A DNA stretch of 64,000 nucleotides from Eutreptiella sp. 'Long Island Sound 2002' (lineage: Eukaryota; Protista; Euglenida), in the NCBI GenBank assembly GCA_964036045.1, contig OZ038378.1, positions 175,398,001 through 175,462,000 of the forward strand. The letters run 5' to 3'. Made by a program: the position numbers and the translations under genes. Below the pieces are notes generated by a model. The model was not told the origin of the DNA. It did not search any database and was given only the letters and a program-made list of their open reading frames with translations. Positions 1 through 11,800 of this stretch are shown here, one piece after another. Each line of letters opens with the position of its first letter. Position 1 is the stretch's first letter.

Positions 1-505
1 CTGGCGGCGTGTGTTGGGCCGAAAGTGAGGCCTGCTTGCGCGCTGGTGTCATGTGTAGGCACAGTCAAGATCAAACTGTCGATGTTGGCCAAGATCACCA
101 GATTAATCTTGAGTATGCCAGTGTTCTTGGAAGTTGTCGTAGCAAATGATGCCAAGAAAGCATTGTAACAGTAAATGGTCAATTGTACTGGGGACCATTT
201 TCACACCCACATCAAACAATCTTGGAAAGCTGACGATGAGGGGCAGTGAGCCCTAAGTTGGAGCATTTGACACACTAAGGAGTGAATCCACAACACATAA
301 TCACCTGCTGTCCCCAGGTCATACTTGGTCCCGTGACCTAGCCCTAGCCCCATTTTGAGGGGGGAACGTTGAGCAATTCTCAGTTTTTTTTTTTTTTGAG
401 ACAAGCAAGCACGACTGTGATTAACTTGACATTCCGGACACCATCCAAATATGTGTCTGTACCTCGGGTTTGTTCCGCGGCCCCATCTGTTTTGTCTGCA
501 GCAAA

Positions 506-507
<2 letters not shown>

Positions 508-558
<51 letters not shown>

Positions 559-573
559 CGTGTGTGTGTGTGT
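508..573. repeat. (GT)n microsatellite with embedded (GC)n
   Basis: Read directly: gtgtgt...gtgcgcgcgcgtgcgtgtgt. Confidence 0.95.
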
Positions 574-2058
574 GACCCAGATCTTATTTAAACTATTTCA
601 GCGATTGCACATCCGTAGGTACTGAACCACTCTGTAGCCTCAGCAAGGAAACCCTTCCATGCATCCAGCTGTCGGGACACAGTTGCCCCATTAGCATTCG
701 GTCCATTCAACAACTAAAGAGGGATAGAAAAGCATCAAAATTACAAATACCAGCCACTAGCCTTTGCCCACAGTGTGTGTGGGGATGTCTCTGCTGTTTG
801 GGTGCCACAAAGGGGCACACCTGCACAGATCTAAAGCTGCCCCTCCGTCTGAACTGGCCTTGGTGACCACGTTGGTCGAGTTGGCAGTAACTGGCTGTGC
901 GTGCAAATGCTGGTGCGCATGGGTTTGTGCAGCATTTGTGTGGAGGGGTTGGGTTGGGATGGTTGTGTGTCCCTCATCATATTGATGGCTTCTGAAGTGC
1001 TCGCGGTGGCCCAGACTGAGCAGCTGACCTAGCAGGGCATCGCAGGCCACCCTGCACTGAACTCGGAAATGCCATTGTCGACCCTCTTGGGACAGATGCG
1101 GTGAAACCTCTTGCACACACAGCCATGTCAATTCATGGTCCTAATGGAGGGCACAGAGACCTGCACAAAGCAGTCAGTGCAATTTTTGTGCCCACGGACA
1201 AGCAGTTGGAACCATTGAAGTTTGCGCACCTGCTGTGGATGTCCCGTTGAGTGTTGATGTGTCAAAGAAACAGGGGCAGTGGTGCAGTCGGAGGCATGAT
1301 GCAAAAGGTCGGGGTTTGTTGGTCTTGCAACTGGTGAGGCTTGATGGAGGTTATCACACTTAACACAGCTCCAATGCTGTAACGCTAGGTGGGGTAGTGG
1401 TACGGCCCCATCCAAATAGCACCTTCCCCAAGGGGTGGGGTCCCTTACACTCGCTGCTGAACTTACTGTCCGTGCCCAATTAGTTCAGTGTGTGTGGAAA
1501 GGGGCAAGGGGAAGCAAGAGAGGGAAAACAGTATGGGTCAATGGCTCACACCAATAAATGGGCCTCTAGATCTAGATCCCTACACTTGTGTGCTTGCCTT
1601 GGCTCTGGGGGTGGGGGAAATTGCGGTCCGAAATTTATCGCACTTTACCACAATTTTACTGCAATTTTTCAGTGGTTGGCTTTTTCAATCGGCACAGTGA
1701 GACTCTTTTTGACAAGGCACAGTGAGACCGTTCTTTCTACAAGGCACTGGGGGCTGCTATGCATCATGCTTGCGTGTGATTTGTGTGTCGTGACACGTTT
1801 CTGTTTTTCTTTTGCACTCCCAAAATGTCGTCAATTTCTGGGAACAGTGACTCTGGTAAGGGCACACCTCTTTCCGTGATGGGAGGCCCACTTGCATCAG
1901 CTTTCAAAGATGGAGTAATTTCTCATTACCATGGCCAAGTTTTTGCACTGTGTGCAGATTGCAGTGAAACCCCCCCCCCCCCCCCCCATGCCACCTCTGT
2001 ATAACACGGCAAAGCAACAAAGCCATCAGGACACACATTGACCATGTACTCAGCGTTG

Positions 2059-2399
2059 TATAGATGAGGTCGTCGGCAATCATATCCTTCCTGCAAGGAA
2101 TAAACATTCCTCTTTTCGAGAATCGATCAACAACAGTCATGATGGCATCATGTCCTCTTGTTGTAGGCGGTAAGCCTGAGACCCAATCAATCGATACGTT
2201 GTGCCACTTGGTATTGGGCACTGGGAGAGGTTGCAACTGTCTTGACATTGATGTGTTCCTCAACTTGGCGGCTTGGCACGCATCACAGTTAACGATATCG
2301 TTCTACATAGTGTCGATGATGAGAGCACACGTAATCACGCTTGATTAGGGCCATGGTTCGACGCACTCCTGTGTGTCCATAGAGCTCGGATCAGTGGTA
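2059..2399 (-). pseudogene. Ty3/Gypsy LTR-retrotransposon integrase fragment (HHCC zinc-binding domain and start of the core)
   Basis: Minus strand reads YH*SELYGHTGVRRTMALIKRDY...NCDACQAAK...RQLQPLPVPNTKWHNVSIDWVSGLPPTTRGHDAIMTVVDRFSKRGMFIPC, the typical chromovirus-like integrase motif string. It has one stop and one frameshift and is truncated at both ends. Confidence 0.85.
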
Positions 2400-2596
2400 C
2401 ATTGTCAACCCAACTTGAGGGGCCACACCGAAGCGTGGCAGTGGGTGAAAATAGATACAAACAGGTGAAGCTGGGTGTTAATGGATAATAATTCAAATAT
2501 GTCATATCCCAATGCATAAGACACTCACAAAACCCTATTATGGAACGACAAACCTCCGCTTAAGGGCCAAAGCTAGCCTCCGGTAGTTACCGACGT

Positions 2597-2725
2597 ACAA
2601 AACTTTGCACTGCGTGCACGGCATTCCCAATGGTGATGGGGACTGGCTCTGTTGAGCAATTCTTTTCGTGTCGCAAGTAGTCCGACACTAGCCAAAGGCA
2701 TGCAATGAGTGACAATGCCCATCGT
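2597..2725 (+). repeat. Dispersed repeat, second copy at ~57301-57382
   Basis: Shared aaactttgcactgcgtgca(c/t)ggcattcc and caatgagtgacaa blocks at both loci. Confidence 0.7.
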
Positions 2726-2831
2726 GTGGTGTTCATGGCCCATTTTAATGGTGACGTGGAAGCTTATGTTGAAAGCCAATGTTGAAAGCTTTGGTGCGGT
2801 GTACGTGCTATGTGCTACAAGCCTCATTATC

Positions 2832-3215
2832 CTACCAAACGGGTGCATATATGGTCAAAAAATCCACTTTCAAAAAAACCGGTCTTGGGGTCTCCCACCT
2901 TAGTACCCCCCGGACCAAATGCAGCTTAACTTCTGAATTTTTTCGGGGCAGGGTCATGAGCGCTCCCCAATGGTATTATTTTTGATACAACAAGGTCGAG
3001 GGACCTATATGCATGGTTTCAACAATGACTACCTACCAAATGGGTGCAGCATTGGTCAAAAACACCCACCCTCAAAAAACTGTTCAAGGGATCTCCCACC
3101 TTGGTGCCCCCCAAGAAGATGAGGCTTAACTTATGAAATCAAGAAGGGTCATGGACCCTCCCCACCATGGCGCTGTTTTTCATACAAAATGGTCAAGGTA
3201 CCTAAACACATATAC
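2832..3215. repeat. Diverged tandem dimer of a ~200-bp unit
   Basis: ctaccaaa(c/t)gggtgca..tggtcaaaaa...tctcccacctt(a/g)gt(a/g)cccccc...gcttaactt...agggtcatg recurs from ~2832 and ~3034. Confidence 0.7.
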
Positions 3216-3631
3216 CTCAATATACCACAATTTTAGTGCAATTTTATCACAATTTACCGAAATTTATCACAACTTTTCGGGGGTTGGGGGACCACAATCC
3301 CCCCCCCCCCCAGCTTAGCTGGGATCTCCATGAATTAAGAGTTGTGGGGATGGATGTAAATTCTTTGTTGCTTAGGGATGAGGCTGGGGCCAAGGTGGGA
3401 TTGGTGTGGCATGGGATGTTATTATCAATAGGCATACTGGGAATTTCACAAGCCGAAATATTGACAGAGCGCATATGGTCTTTTAGGTGCAGTTGCCTCC
3501 TCCCCAACCGTGCCAGAATGCCCATCAGTGGGGCACCAGAACAATCAAACATATGGTTCAAATGATCTCAAGGCCTTAACACACGTGTGCGCACACACAC
3601 AGAACCTCGTATTTGGAGCATGATTGGAATG

Positions 3632-3681
3632 GATACCTTGGGACACACACACACACACAAGTGATGCAATGATATTCGGCA

Positions 3682-3727
<46 letters not shown>
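3632..3727. repeat. (CA)n microsatellites
   Basis: Read directly. Confidence 0.95.
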
Positions 3728-4628
3728 TCCTACAAGCCCACCGCCTGCGGATAATGATGTGTTCCGTGTTCCAAGGCCGTGTAGAGGCCACCCCTGCCGG
3801 TTTATAATCTCCATATGAATAGGGTGCTGCCAAGGCTCTTGCCCTTGGTTCCCACCCACAGAGCACCAAAACACACATGCACAACCGTGTGCCCTGCCAC
3901 CCCACCGCTGCCCATGCATCCTTGGCTGCCGATGCCCCCCCGGGCAAGATCAGGACTAACAGGATTAACAGCCAGCCTGCCTGCCTGGCTGGACTAGGCG
4001 CTGGGGGCATCAAAGCCCGCAGCGCCCCGGACGCCAGACAGATTAAGTTTGCCATCAGCAGGTTGAGGTCTGGGGCCTTGAGCCCACTCACCACAGCACA
4101 AGGATGCAGCGCCCATTGATGTCCTGCCCCCCCCCCCCCCCCAGCCCGTAGCAGACAGCGCAAAACCCAGTTAGAAGGTGGAAACACCGCAACGAACAAA
4201 CGAGACACATAGCAGAGTAGTGCAGACAAAGAGTGTGCATGAGCAAGCTTTCATGCCGGCCCTGCAGGCCCTGGATCAGGCCACAGAGGAGCACAAGAGG
4301 AAAATTGCACAGCAATGCAAATGCGTGGTAGCCCCTGCCGCTCCCTTTCTTCATGCAAAAATTGTTGGCGCCAGGTGCTGGTTCTGGCGGCCTGCATTTG
4401 CAAGGCGGTCAGCCCTTTCGCTGCCAAGGATATCAATTTGACTATGCATGTGGTGCCAGTAGGTGCCCGCCGTACGGGTACTCCACTGAACCTCGCAGTT
4501 TGCGCATGAGTGAATGACGACCTTGGCACATACACACACACACACACACACACGCACGCACTGAACTGAGAGAGACAAACAATGAACCCCGTGGTGGGGC
4601 AAATGGCAAATGGTGCGCGCGCGCACAC

Positions 4629-4685
4629 GAGTCTCTTTTGTTAACCCCTTCACGTGGTGGGACCGTTGGCACCGAAAGTTAACAA
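4629..4685 (+). ncRNA. Candidate minimal HDV-like (CPEB3-type) self-cleaving ribozyme
   Basis: Manual fold: P1 GUCUC(4631-35)/GGGAC(4659-63); P2 UUGUUAAC(4638-45)/GUUAACAA(4678-85); P3 CC/GG plus a C.U mismatch; L3 UUCACGU(4649-55); GU after P1; J4/2 CGAAA; P4 reduced to a short loop. Confidence 0.6.
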
Positions 4686-4788
4686 CGCATCAATCTTAGC
4701 TGCCTAGCAGCGCACGAGGCCAAGGGCCAGTTTCAGCAACTGGATCCCGGGTTTCCATTTTCAGGGCCCCTCCCCCGGGGCACACACA

Positions 4789-6703
4789 ATGCCGCCCACG
4801 GTCTCTGCCACGGATGTTGCAGCCATCACGGCGGCGGTACTCGAGAAATTGAGACAGGACGTCACTTCAGCGGTTACGCAGGCGCTGGGACAGCGACAGG
4901 GCAATGGAGTGCCCTCCAGGCGCAGCAGGAGCGAGAGCTTGGGCGAACGGCAGCGGCGAGAGCAGCCTCCAACAGTGAGCAAGGACACGGACACTCCGCC
5001 CTCTGGCAGGAGCCGCAGCAGGGGCGCACAACAGCGCACGGGGAGCCCGCGCGCGCAGCAGACACGCGGCACCATGCCGGCCAAGGTGAAGGCGAAACCC
5101 GGCATGGCAACGACCGAGAGCGCCCTGCTCGCCACCATCGAGGAGTTACGAGGCACTATACGCGATCTGAGGAAGGAGATTGCCGCCCTGCGCAACGCTG
5201 GGGGCTCGCAGCAGCCGCAGGAGGCAGGAGCGCGGCAGAAGGAGCGGCGCGCCCGCGAGGAGGAGAAGAAGGACGCCACGCAAAGGACCCAGCTGGCGCA
5301 GCCCCAGCAGACCTACGCGTCGGCGGTGCAGACGTCCACGCGGAGAGGGCGTGCGCACACGGTGGTGATCGCCAAGAAAGAGCCTCAGGCTGCAGGTATC
5401 CCTCTCCAGCCAGTCGCGGAGGAGCTCCAGAGAACGGCCGAAAAGGGAGGATATGGCGCTGTACTGCCGGCACGGCCGTACAGGGATCGCGATCTGGTAG
5501 ACACAGGTATGACGCAGCTGGCGCCGTCGTCTACGCCAGCGCAATGGCCCACGACGCTCAAGAAATTGCTTGTGGTGGGCAAAACCACGGAAGATGCATG
5601 GGCTCTGGCCTCGGAGGCGCTGATGGCTCACAAGAGCCTGCAGGAAGTGGCTGCGATCGTGAATGTGGGGCGCCCGGGAGCAGCGCCGGCGATCGATACC
5701 CTGCTTCGCTCGGTGGGATGGAGCAAGGAGGAGCTGGCTCTCACAGGCGCTCACCTGTCAGTCACGGCGACCAGCAGATCCAGCCAATGGGAGCCTGTCG
5801 ACCCGGGGCCAGCGGTGTGGCCACCGGGGTATCGTTTGCTGCTACGGTGGAGCACGAAGGAGACCCTAGAGGACAAAGCGCCGCAGCCGCTAGCTGCGGT
5901 GGTCACTGCAGGCACTGCAGGGATGGCACGCCTGTATTGCTCGCTGGACAAGTTGGAGGTAGCCGACGGCTTACCTCCCAACCGAACGAAGGCGGATGCC
6001 ACCAGGTGGGGGTGCAGAGGGGCCTGGGACCACCTGAAGGAGATAGTCTAGCCGCGGCTGAAACAGAGGCCGCCCATGGCGGTCAGGGGTGGCCCGGGGG
6101 ACACACTGGAGGTCGCCATGGACTTGAAGATGGAACAGGTCCGATCGGCGGTCCGTCACTCGGGCAGGTGCCCGGGGGTCGAGTACTGGGCGGGCAAACC
6201 AGCCCCAGAGGCGCTTACGACAACCACTGTGTGGATGAATCTCCCGGCGGAAATCCGAACGACCACGGCCGACATATGGACGCGCCTACAGGAGGCCCCC
6301 TGGTTTGCGGGGATACGCGCCGGAGATCGGCCAGGCAGGATTGGGGTCTCCGTCTGGGGCCCTGCGCCAATATGCGACAACATTCGCGGGCGACTGGCGG
6401 CGGAGCTGGGTACAGAGGTGAAGCAGCCCAAAACACTTGCCCGAGTGTACGGCTATGGGCCTGGCTTTGGCCTGGATGCCTGCGATCCGGACTCCTATGC
6501 TTAGCAGGAAATACGCCGGGTGTGGCCGTCCATGGATGTGAAGCTACTGGACTGCCAGCATCTCACGCGGTCCGGCCTTCAGCGCCCCACCTTCGCGCTC
6601 ACTCTGGAGGGCGTACCGAAGGAATGGGAGCAGTCCATCTTGCGGGAGAGCGACGCGCGGCTGCGACAGAAGGTATGGGTCCGGTGTGTGACCCAACAGG
6701 CCG
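4789..6703 (+). pseudogene. LINE ORF1 (gag-like, coiled-coil), 5' part
   Basis: One frame from ATG 4789 through in-frame TAGs at 6049 and 6502 to the inversion breakpoint. Coiled-coil ATIEELRGTIRDLRKEIAALR. Joins in frame to the reverse complement of 8871-8726, giving a 687-codon reconstructed ORF. Confidence 0.8.
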
Positions 6704-8871
6704 CTCCGGGGTCGCCTCATAGCGTCTGTTCACTGGCGCCCAAGCCGTTCTGATGGCCTCATCCATTTCTGCAATGTTCGCCGTGAACTCCCCGCTTGGG
6801 GTCCGCACCATTTGCAAAGCTGCGTCCCCCGCCCCTCTGATCCACCGATATACCACCCCTGGCGAGGTCGCCCAGGATTCATCTATCCACTGTCTCCAGG
6901 CCTGCACTCGCGCCCTCTCCTCCGCCAGCGCTCGCGCTCGTACCGCCGCTTCCAGGGCCGCCATGAGCTGCTCCAACGTCCGGGCATCGCATAGTCTGTC
7001 TCGCGAAGGCACCACAATCCCCTCTAGGGGGGGGGGGGGGTCGCTCCTGTTGCAGTTGGTCCATGCCCCTGTGCGTAGAGAGCCAGCATTGCTCTACCCC
7101 CCTGGGCCACCCGCCCACTCTTGTCAAGCCTGCTTGCTCCTGCGCCCGAACATACCGCAGCACCTGCTTCAGCGCTCCTTTGACGGCGTCCATGATCCGA
7201 ATGGCTCTGGTTTTTGGCGCCCCGCTGGGCAGTTTCTTATTAGGGCAAAGCTTGGTAGTGGCCACCGTATGCAACGTGCCCCGCCCCCGTTTTTCTAGCT
7301 CCATCGGGTCGGCCTTCACCACCGGGGGGCCCGGCCAATGCACGCGGAGCGCCGACTCCACGGTGCTGTCCTCCCCGAGCTCCATCAGCAAAAATTCTTC
7401 CGCCGCCCATGTCCACGTGTGCCACATTCCGTTGACGTCCTCGGCGCATACCGCCGCTTTCCAGGGTCTGCGCATACTGTCCCAGAAAATTGAGGCCAGC
7501 CGTTGGCGCTCCTCCGTGTGCATGTTATGCTCCTCAGGGTCCTCCAGGTTCCTGATCTTGGTCACCTTCTGGTTCGCCATGTCCAAGCTAATGCTCACTC
7601 GCAGGAGAGAGTGACCCGGCAGCCCCGGCTTCTTAATTACCCTCTCCTCGTGCACCAGGGAGGCCACTGTGGGGTCCGTCAGGATCCCATCAATGCGGGT
7701 TTCCGCGCCCGAGCCGCCCTGGTAGGTCGGGCATGGCTGATGCCCCCGGGCCTCCGCGCGGGCCCTCATGACATCCACGAGCAGGCCCTTCCGTAATGCT
7801 GTGAACATTTCCCTCGGCATGTCGTTCTCGTCGGAGTTCCCCAGCCTGGCCGTGTAGCGCAACACCGTTTTCCATAGTTGGGCATTGGGGCGTTTTTGTG
7901 CCACGATACCATAGGCCACTTGCACGTTGAGAATGCTACGGCCCTCCGCATGCGCCAGGTGGGCATGCATCCACCTCCTTGACGCCCACAGCGCCTGGAC
8001 GGCCTCATCATCCGCCGGGCGAGCCGCCAGCTGCATCACCATGCCTGGGCGATACAGTATGCCCACGCCGCCGGGTCCTGTGTCCCATACTCCCGCTCTG
8101 TTATGATCGAGCGGCGCGCCCCAGAGCGCGCACCATCCCATTTTGCGTGCCAGCGCGGCCATGGCTCTCTGTCCCGCTGCGGTGAGCCGTGTTTCTTGAA
8201 GGCACACTATGTCGGCCTTGGATGTCATGACTTGCCGCCAGTGTCGCCTAACAGAGGTCACGCTCGCGGACTCCACCTGCAGGGGTCCCGGCCTCGGATG
8301 AATATCCCCACAACGGCCCAGCAGCATGGCTTGCAGGTCGTACTGCTTCGGCCACTCCAGAGCTGACGGGGGGCGCCGCTGGGGCACTCGCACGCCGCCA
8401 GCCGCCGATATCGTAGTCGCATCCAGCCGGAGCCATCCTGCTAGCACCCCCCGGAGGGGACCCAGGGCCATCGCCTCCTCCCGGGGCGCCCTCCTGGGCT
8501 GTGGGCGTAGAGACACCCTCCTGCCGGGCTGAGGGTCCGGATCCTGGGGCCCCCCCAGGGGGGGGGTATGTAGATCATACTGCTTCGGCCATCCCAGAGT
8601 AGACAGGGGGCGTCGTTGAGGCATGTGCACGCCGCCTGTCGTCGATGTCGTAGTCGCAATCAGCCAGAGCCATCCCGCAAGCGACAGCCACAGGATCAGT
8701 ACCCGGGCCCTTCCCCAGTCGTGCGTCACAGCTCGCTTGCTCCGTTCATGTCCTCGTCCTCGCTCGCCACCTCGTCGATCTGCGGCGACCTCCACGGCTC
8801 CTGCTGTGCCAGTTGCTGGCTGGGGTCCTCCGCCTCCGGCCGGGGGCCACGCACCAGCCGTGCGCCAGGGC
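6704..8871 (-). pseudogene. Inverted LINE segment: ORF1 C-terminus, ORF2 AP-endonuclease and EN-RT linker
   Basis: Minus strand has DIVCLQETRL, GGVGILYR, QVAYG, PTYQG..TRIDGILTDP, PGH (APE motifs), then the linker WRQWIDESWATSPGVVYRWIRG...AWAPVNRRY. There is a frameshift in the 14-G run at 7027-7040, and the GDFN motif looks degenerate (SDEN). Confidence 0.88.
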
Positions 8872-11800
8872 CCACATGCTTCCTTTGCCAAGTTCATGCA
8901 GGAATACAGGCACCATGTGCGACACAGTGCGATGAAGGCCAGAATGCTCACGGGTGACGTACTGCTGCAGCGGGCACGCAAAATGGGGGTAAAAACGGCT
9001 AATGGCCTGGACTTCTGGTCAATTAGCCTGCTTAAGCGCCTCCCGTCGCCTTTCTAGGACGCGCTGGCGGAGCTCCTGCGCATGGTGGAGCGCACAGGAC
9101 AGTGGCCAGACAGGGTGGCAGAAGGCTTCACGTCGCTCGTGCCCAAAGGAGAAGGGGGGGGCGACCCCATGAAGCTGCGGCCCCTGACAGTTCTCTCGCA
9201 AATCTACCGTATATGGGCAGGGGTCAGAATGGAGGACGCACTGCAATGGCAGGAGCAGAGGATACACCCAGAGGCGTACGGATTCCGCCCCCATCGGGGG
9301 GCCATAGACGCGGCGACGGTCCTCACTCTTTTGGTGGAGCTGGCACAGGCGCTCAAGACGCCACTGGTGGGGGCAGGCACTGATTACACAAAGTGCTTCG
9401 ACCTGATACCGCAAGCCATCTCGATGGCCCTAATGGAAGAGCAGGGAATCGATGAAGGAGTCCTCCGAGCGTTCAGCGGCATGTACCGGCAGCTGAGGCG
9501 CATGTTCAAGATCAAGGGCTGCCTGGGGGCCTGGTGGGCAGCCACGAATGGAGTGCTGCAAGGGTGCCCACTTAGCGTGATAGTCATCAACGCCCTCACG
9601 ACCACGTGGAAGCGCATCATCGATGACGTAGGAAAGCCAGTGGTGGTCACCACAAAGGAGATGCCGCCCGCACCAAAAGAAGAGGAGATCCCCTCGTGCT
9701 ACTGGACCAGCTATGGAACCGGTCTAGACCAGATATGGGTATGGAGGTGTGTGCAGCCCTGCTGCTGCTGGGAGCAAGGCTGGGTGGTGGATGGCGAGCA
9801 AGCCCCGCCGCCGAACCCGGACAATGGGGGGGACGTGCAGCCGCCGAGACGACCGGATGGCTGCCAACCAGGGCTGCCCACGCCGGCCGAGAAAGTCTGG
9901 GGGCGTCTGGGCCTGCTGGCAATGCCCACTCCAGCTAGCACGGAGCACTCTAGGGCGTCGCTGCGGAGCCCCCCCCTGCGGGAGGACGAATTCGAGGTGT
10001 CCAGCGAGGAACCCGGCTCCCCGATCCTGTCCAGGAACCTTTTTGGCACAGACTCGATGGACGGAGCAAGCGACAGCACGCACATGTCGGAGGAAGGATC
10101 AGTGGACGAAGAGGACGCGGCACCAGGATCACGGGCCACGATCTCAGCAGAAGGCTACGCGGACGACACGTACATGCTTACAACGTACCTCTTGTCCCTG
10201 CTGGCGATGCTCGCGGCGACCAGCAAATGGCTGACGCTGACGGGGCAGGAGGTGAACGCCTCAAAGTCGCTGGCCTTCGCAGCAGCGCACTCAGCGCGAG
10301 GGCCTCCGACTGCGCTGGAGGCGACACTGGACGGAGTACGCATACCCACCCAGCAAGAGTTCAGGCAGCTGGGCGTGGGGGTGCGCACCGTGCCGCGACG
10401 TGGCACAGGCCCGCTGCTGCACAAGCGCATCACGGAAGGGAAGGCAGCCCTCCGGAAAACCAGAACGATCCCAGGAGGCTTTGATAGAAAGGCCACGGTG
10501 GCGGCGGTAATGATCGTGGCAGCGACGCTGTTTGGGGTCGAACTGGCGGATGTGGCCCCGAGGGACGTGAGCAGCTTGGAGTCGGCGATCATGACGGCGA
10601 TCTGGGGGCCCAGCAGACCGTGCAGGGCGAAGGAGGTGGTGTTTGCCCTACTGCTGCCGGGGCACAGGGTGGCACCATCAATGGTGGTCCCGTACAAGCG
10701 GATGTGCTGGCTCGCGAACATCGCACGCGTCCCGGGCACTGCCCAAGTTATCACACAAGCAGTCTGGGAGCATACGGAGGAGCCCAAAGGCACGGGCCCA
10801 CTCGGTCGGGCACTGCGAGAATTCCGGCGCCTCGGCTGGCGCAACCAGCGGGGGTGGTGGAGTTGGACCATGCCGCGAACCGGGATCTCGGTGCACCTGG
10901 TGCACGCAGCCAAGGAGTATGTGGAGCACCTATTCCGAGAGTCCCTGAGGGAGCATCACCTGGAAGCACTGGAGAAACGGAGACCGAGACTCTTCGGCGG
11001 CATGGGAGCACGGATCGACAGGGAGCTCACACTGAGCGAACTGGAGCGGTGCGCCACGGAGTTAGACAGATCGATGCTGCGAGGCGTGATGGCGGGGGCA
11101 CTGTGGACCGCGGACAGAGCGCATCGGAGAGGTCTGCGCCAGGATGGCAATTGCCCCTACTGTAGTAAGGGAACGCGAGAGGACGAGGACCACCTGCTAT
11201 GGTGGTGTGCAGCCTGGAAGACGGCACGGGAACCCTTCTTGCCGGAGCTCATGCTGCTGGCACGGGCCCTCAAGCTGGGGGCGCTGTCTGACTGGCCGCC
11301 TTGCCTGCGCCTGTGTGGACTGCTGTCAGAAGAGGTGGTGAAGCGAAGTGGCCTGGCGAGGGGGCCGGGCTGGAAGAAGCGCTGCAAGGAGCTGAATAGG
11401 GTCTCGAGACACTGGGTGCCGGGGCCGGACGAAGACCCCGACGAGGCGTCAAGACAGCGGGAGGAGTTGGCCCTGGCAGGCCACCAGTGGGCACACGACG
11501 ACCAGAACCCGCTGGAACAGTTTGTGCACCAGCTGCACTGCATGTTCCTGGCGGTAATGCGGGCCCGAAAGCAACGGGATGAGGAAGAATCCCTTCTATT
11601 TCCCGTGGAGCAGCGCAAAGCACCCCGGGAACAATATCCCTGGCACCAGCTTCAGCCCCCTTTCCCGCGGCCGACTAAAACATGCCTGCCAGCAATGGGG
11701 CAGCTGCCCAGAGACTGGAAGTGGGGGCCGGACTTCCAACCGGCCGTACTGCGGTGGCTCTCAGAGCTACAATGGCTGCCAAGAGACGACAGCCTGCCCG

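Noticed and set aside
4178-4330. Upstream TRPV-like exon (ETPQRTNE...KIAQQCK)
   Set aside because: Protein-like, but has a weak acceptor and no phase-compatible donor for 13728; cannot be supported without cDNA
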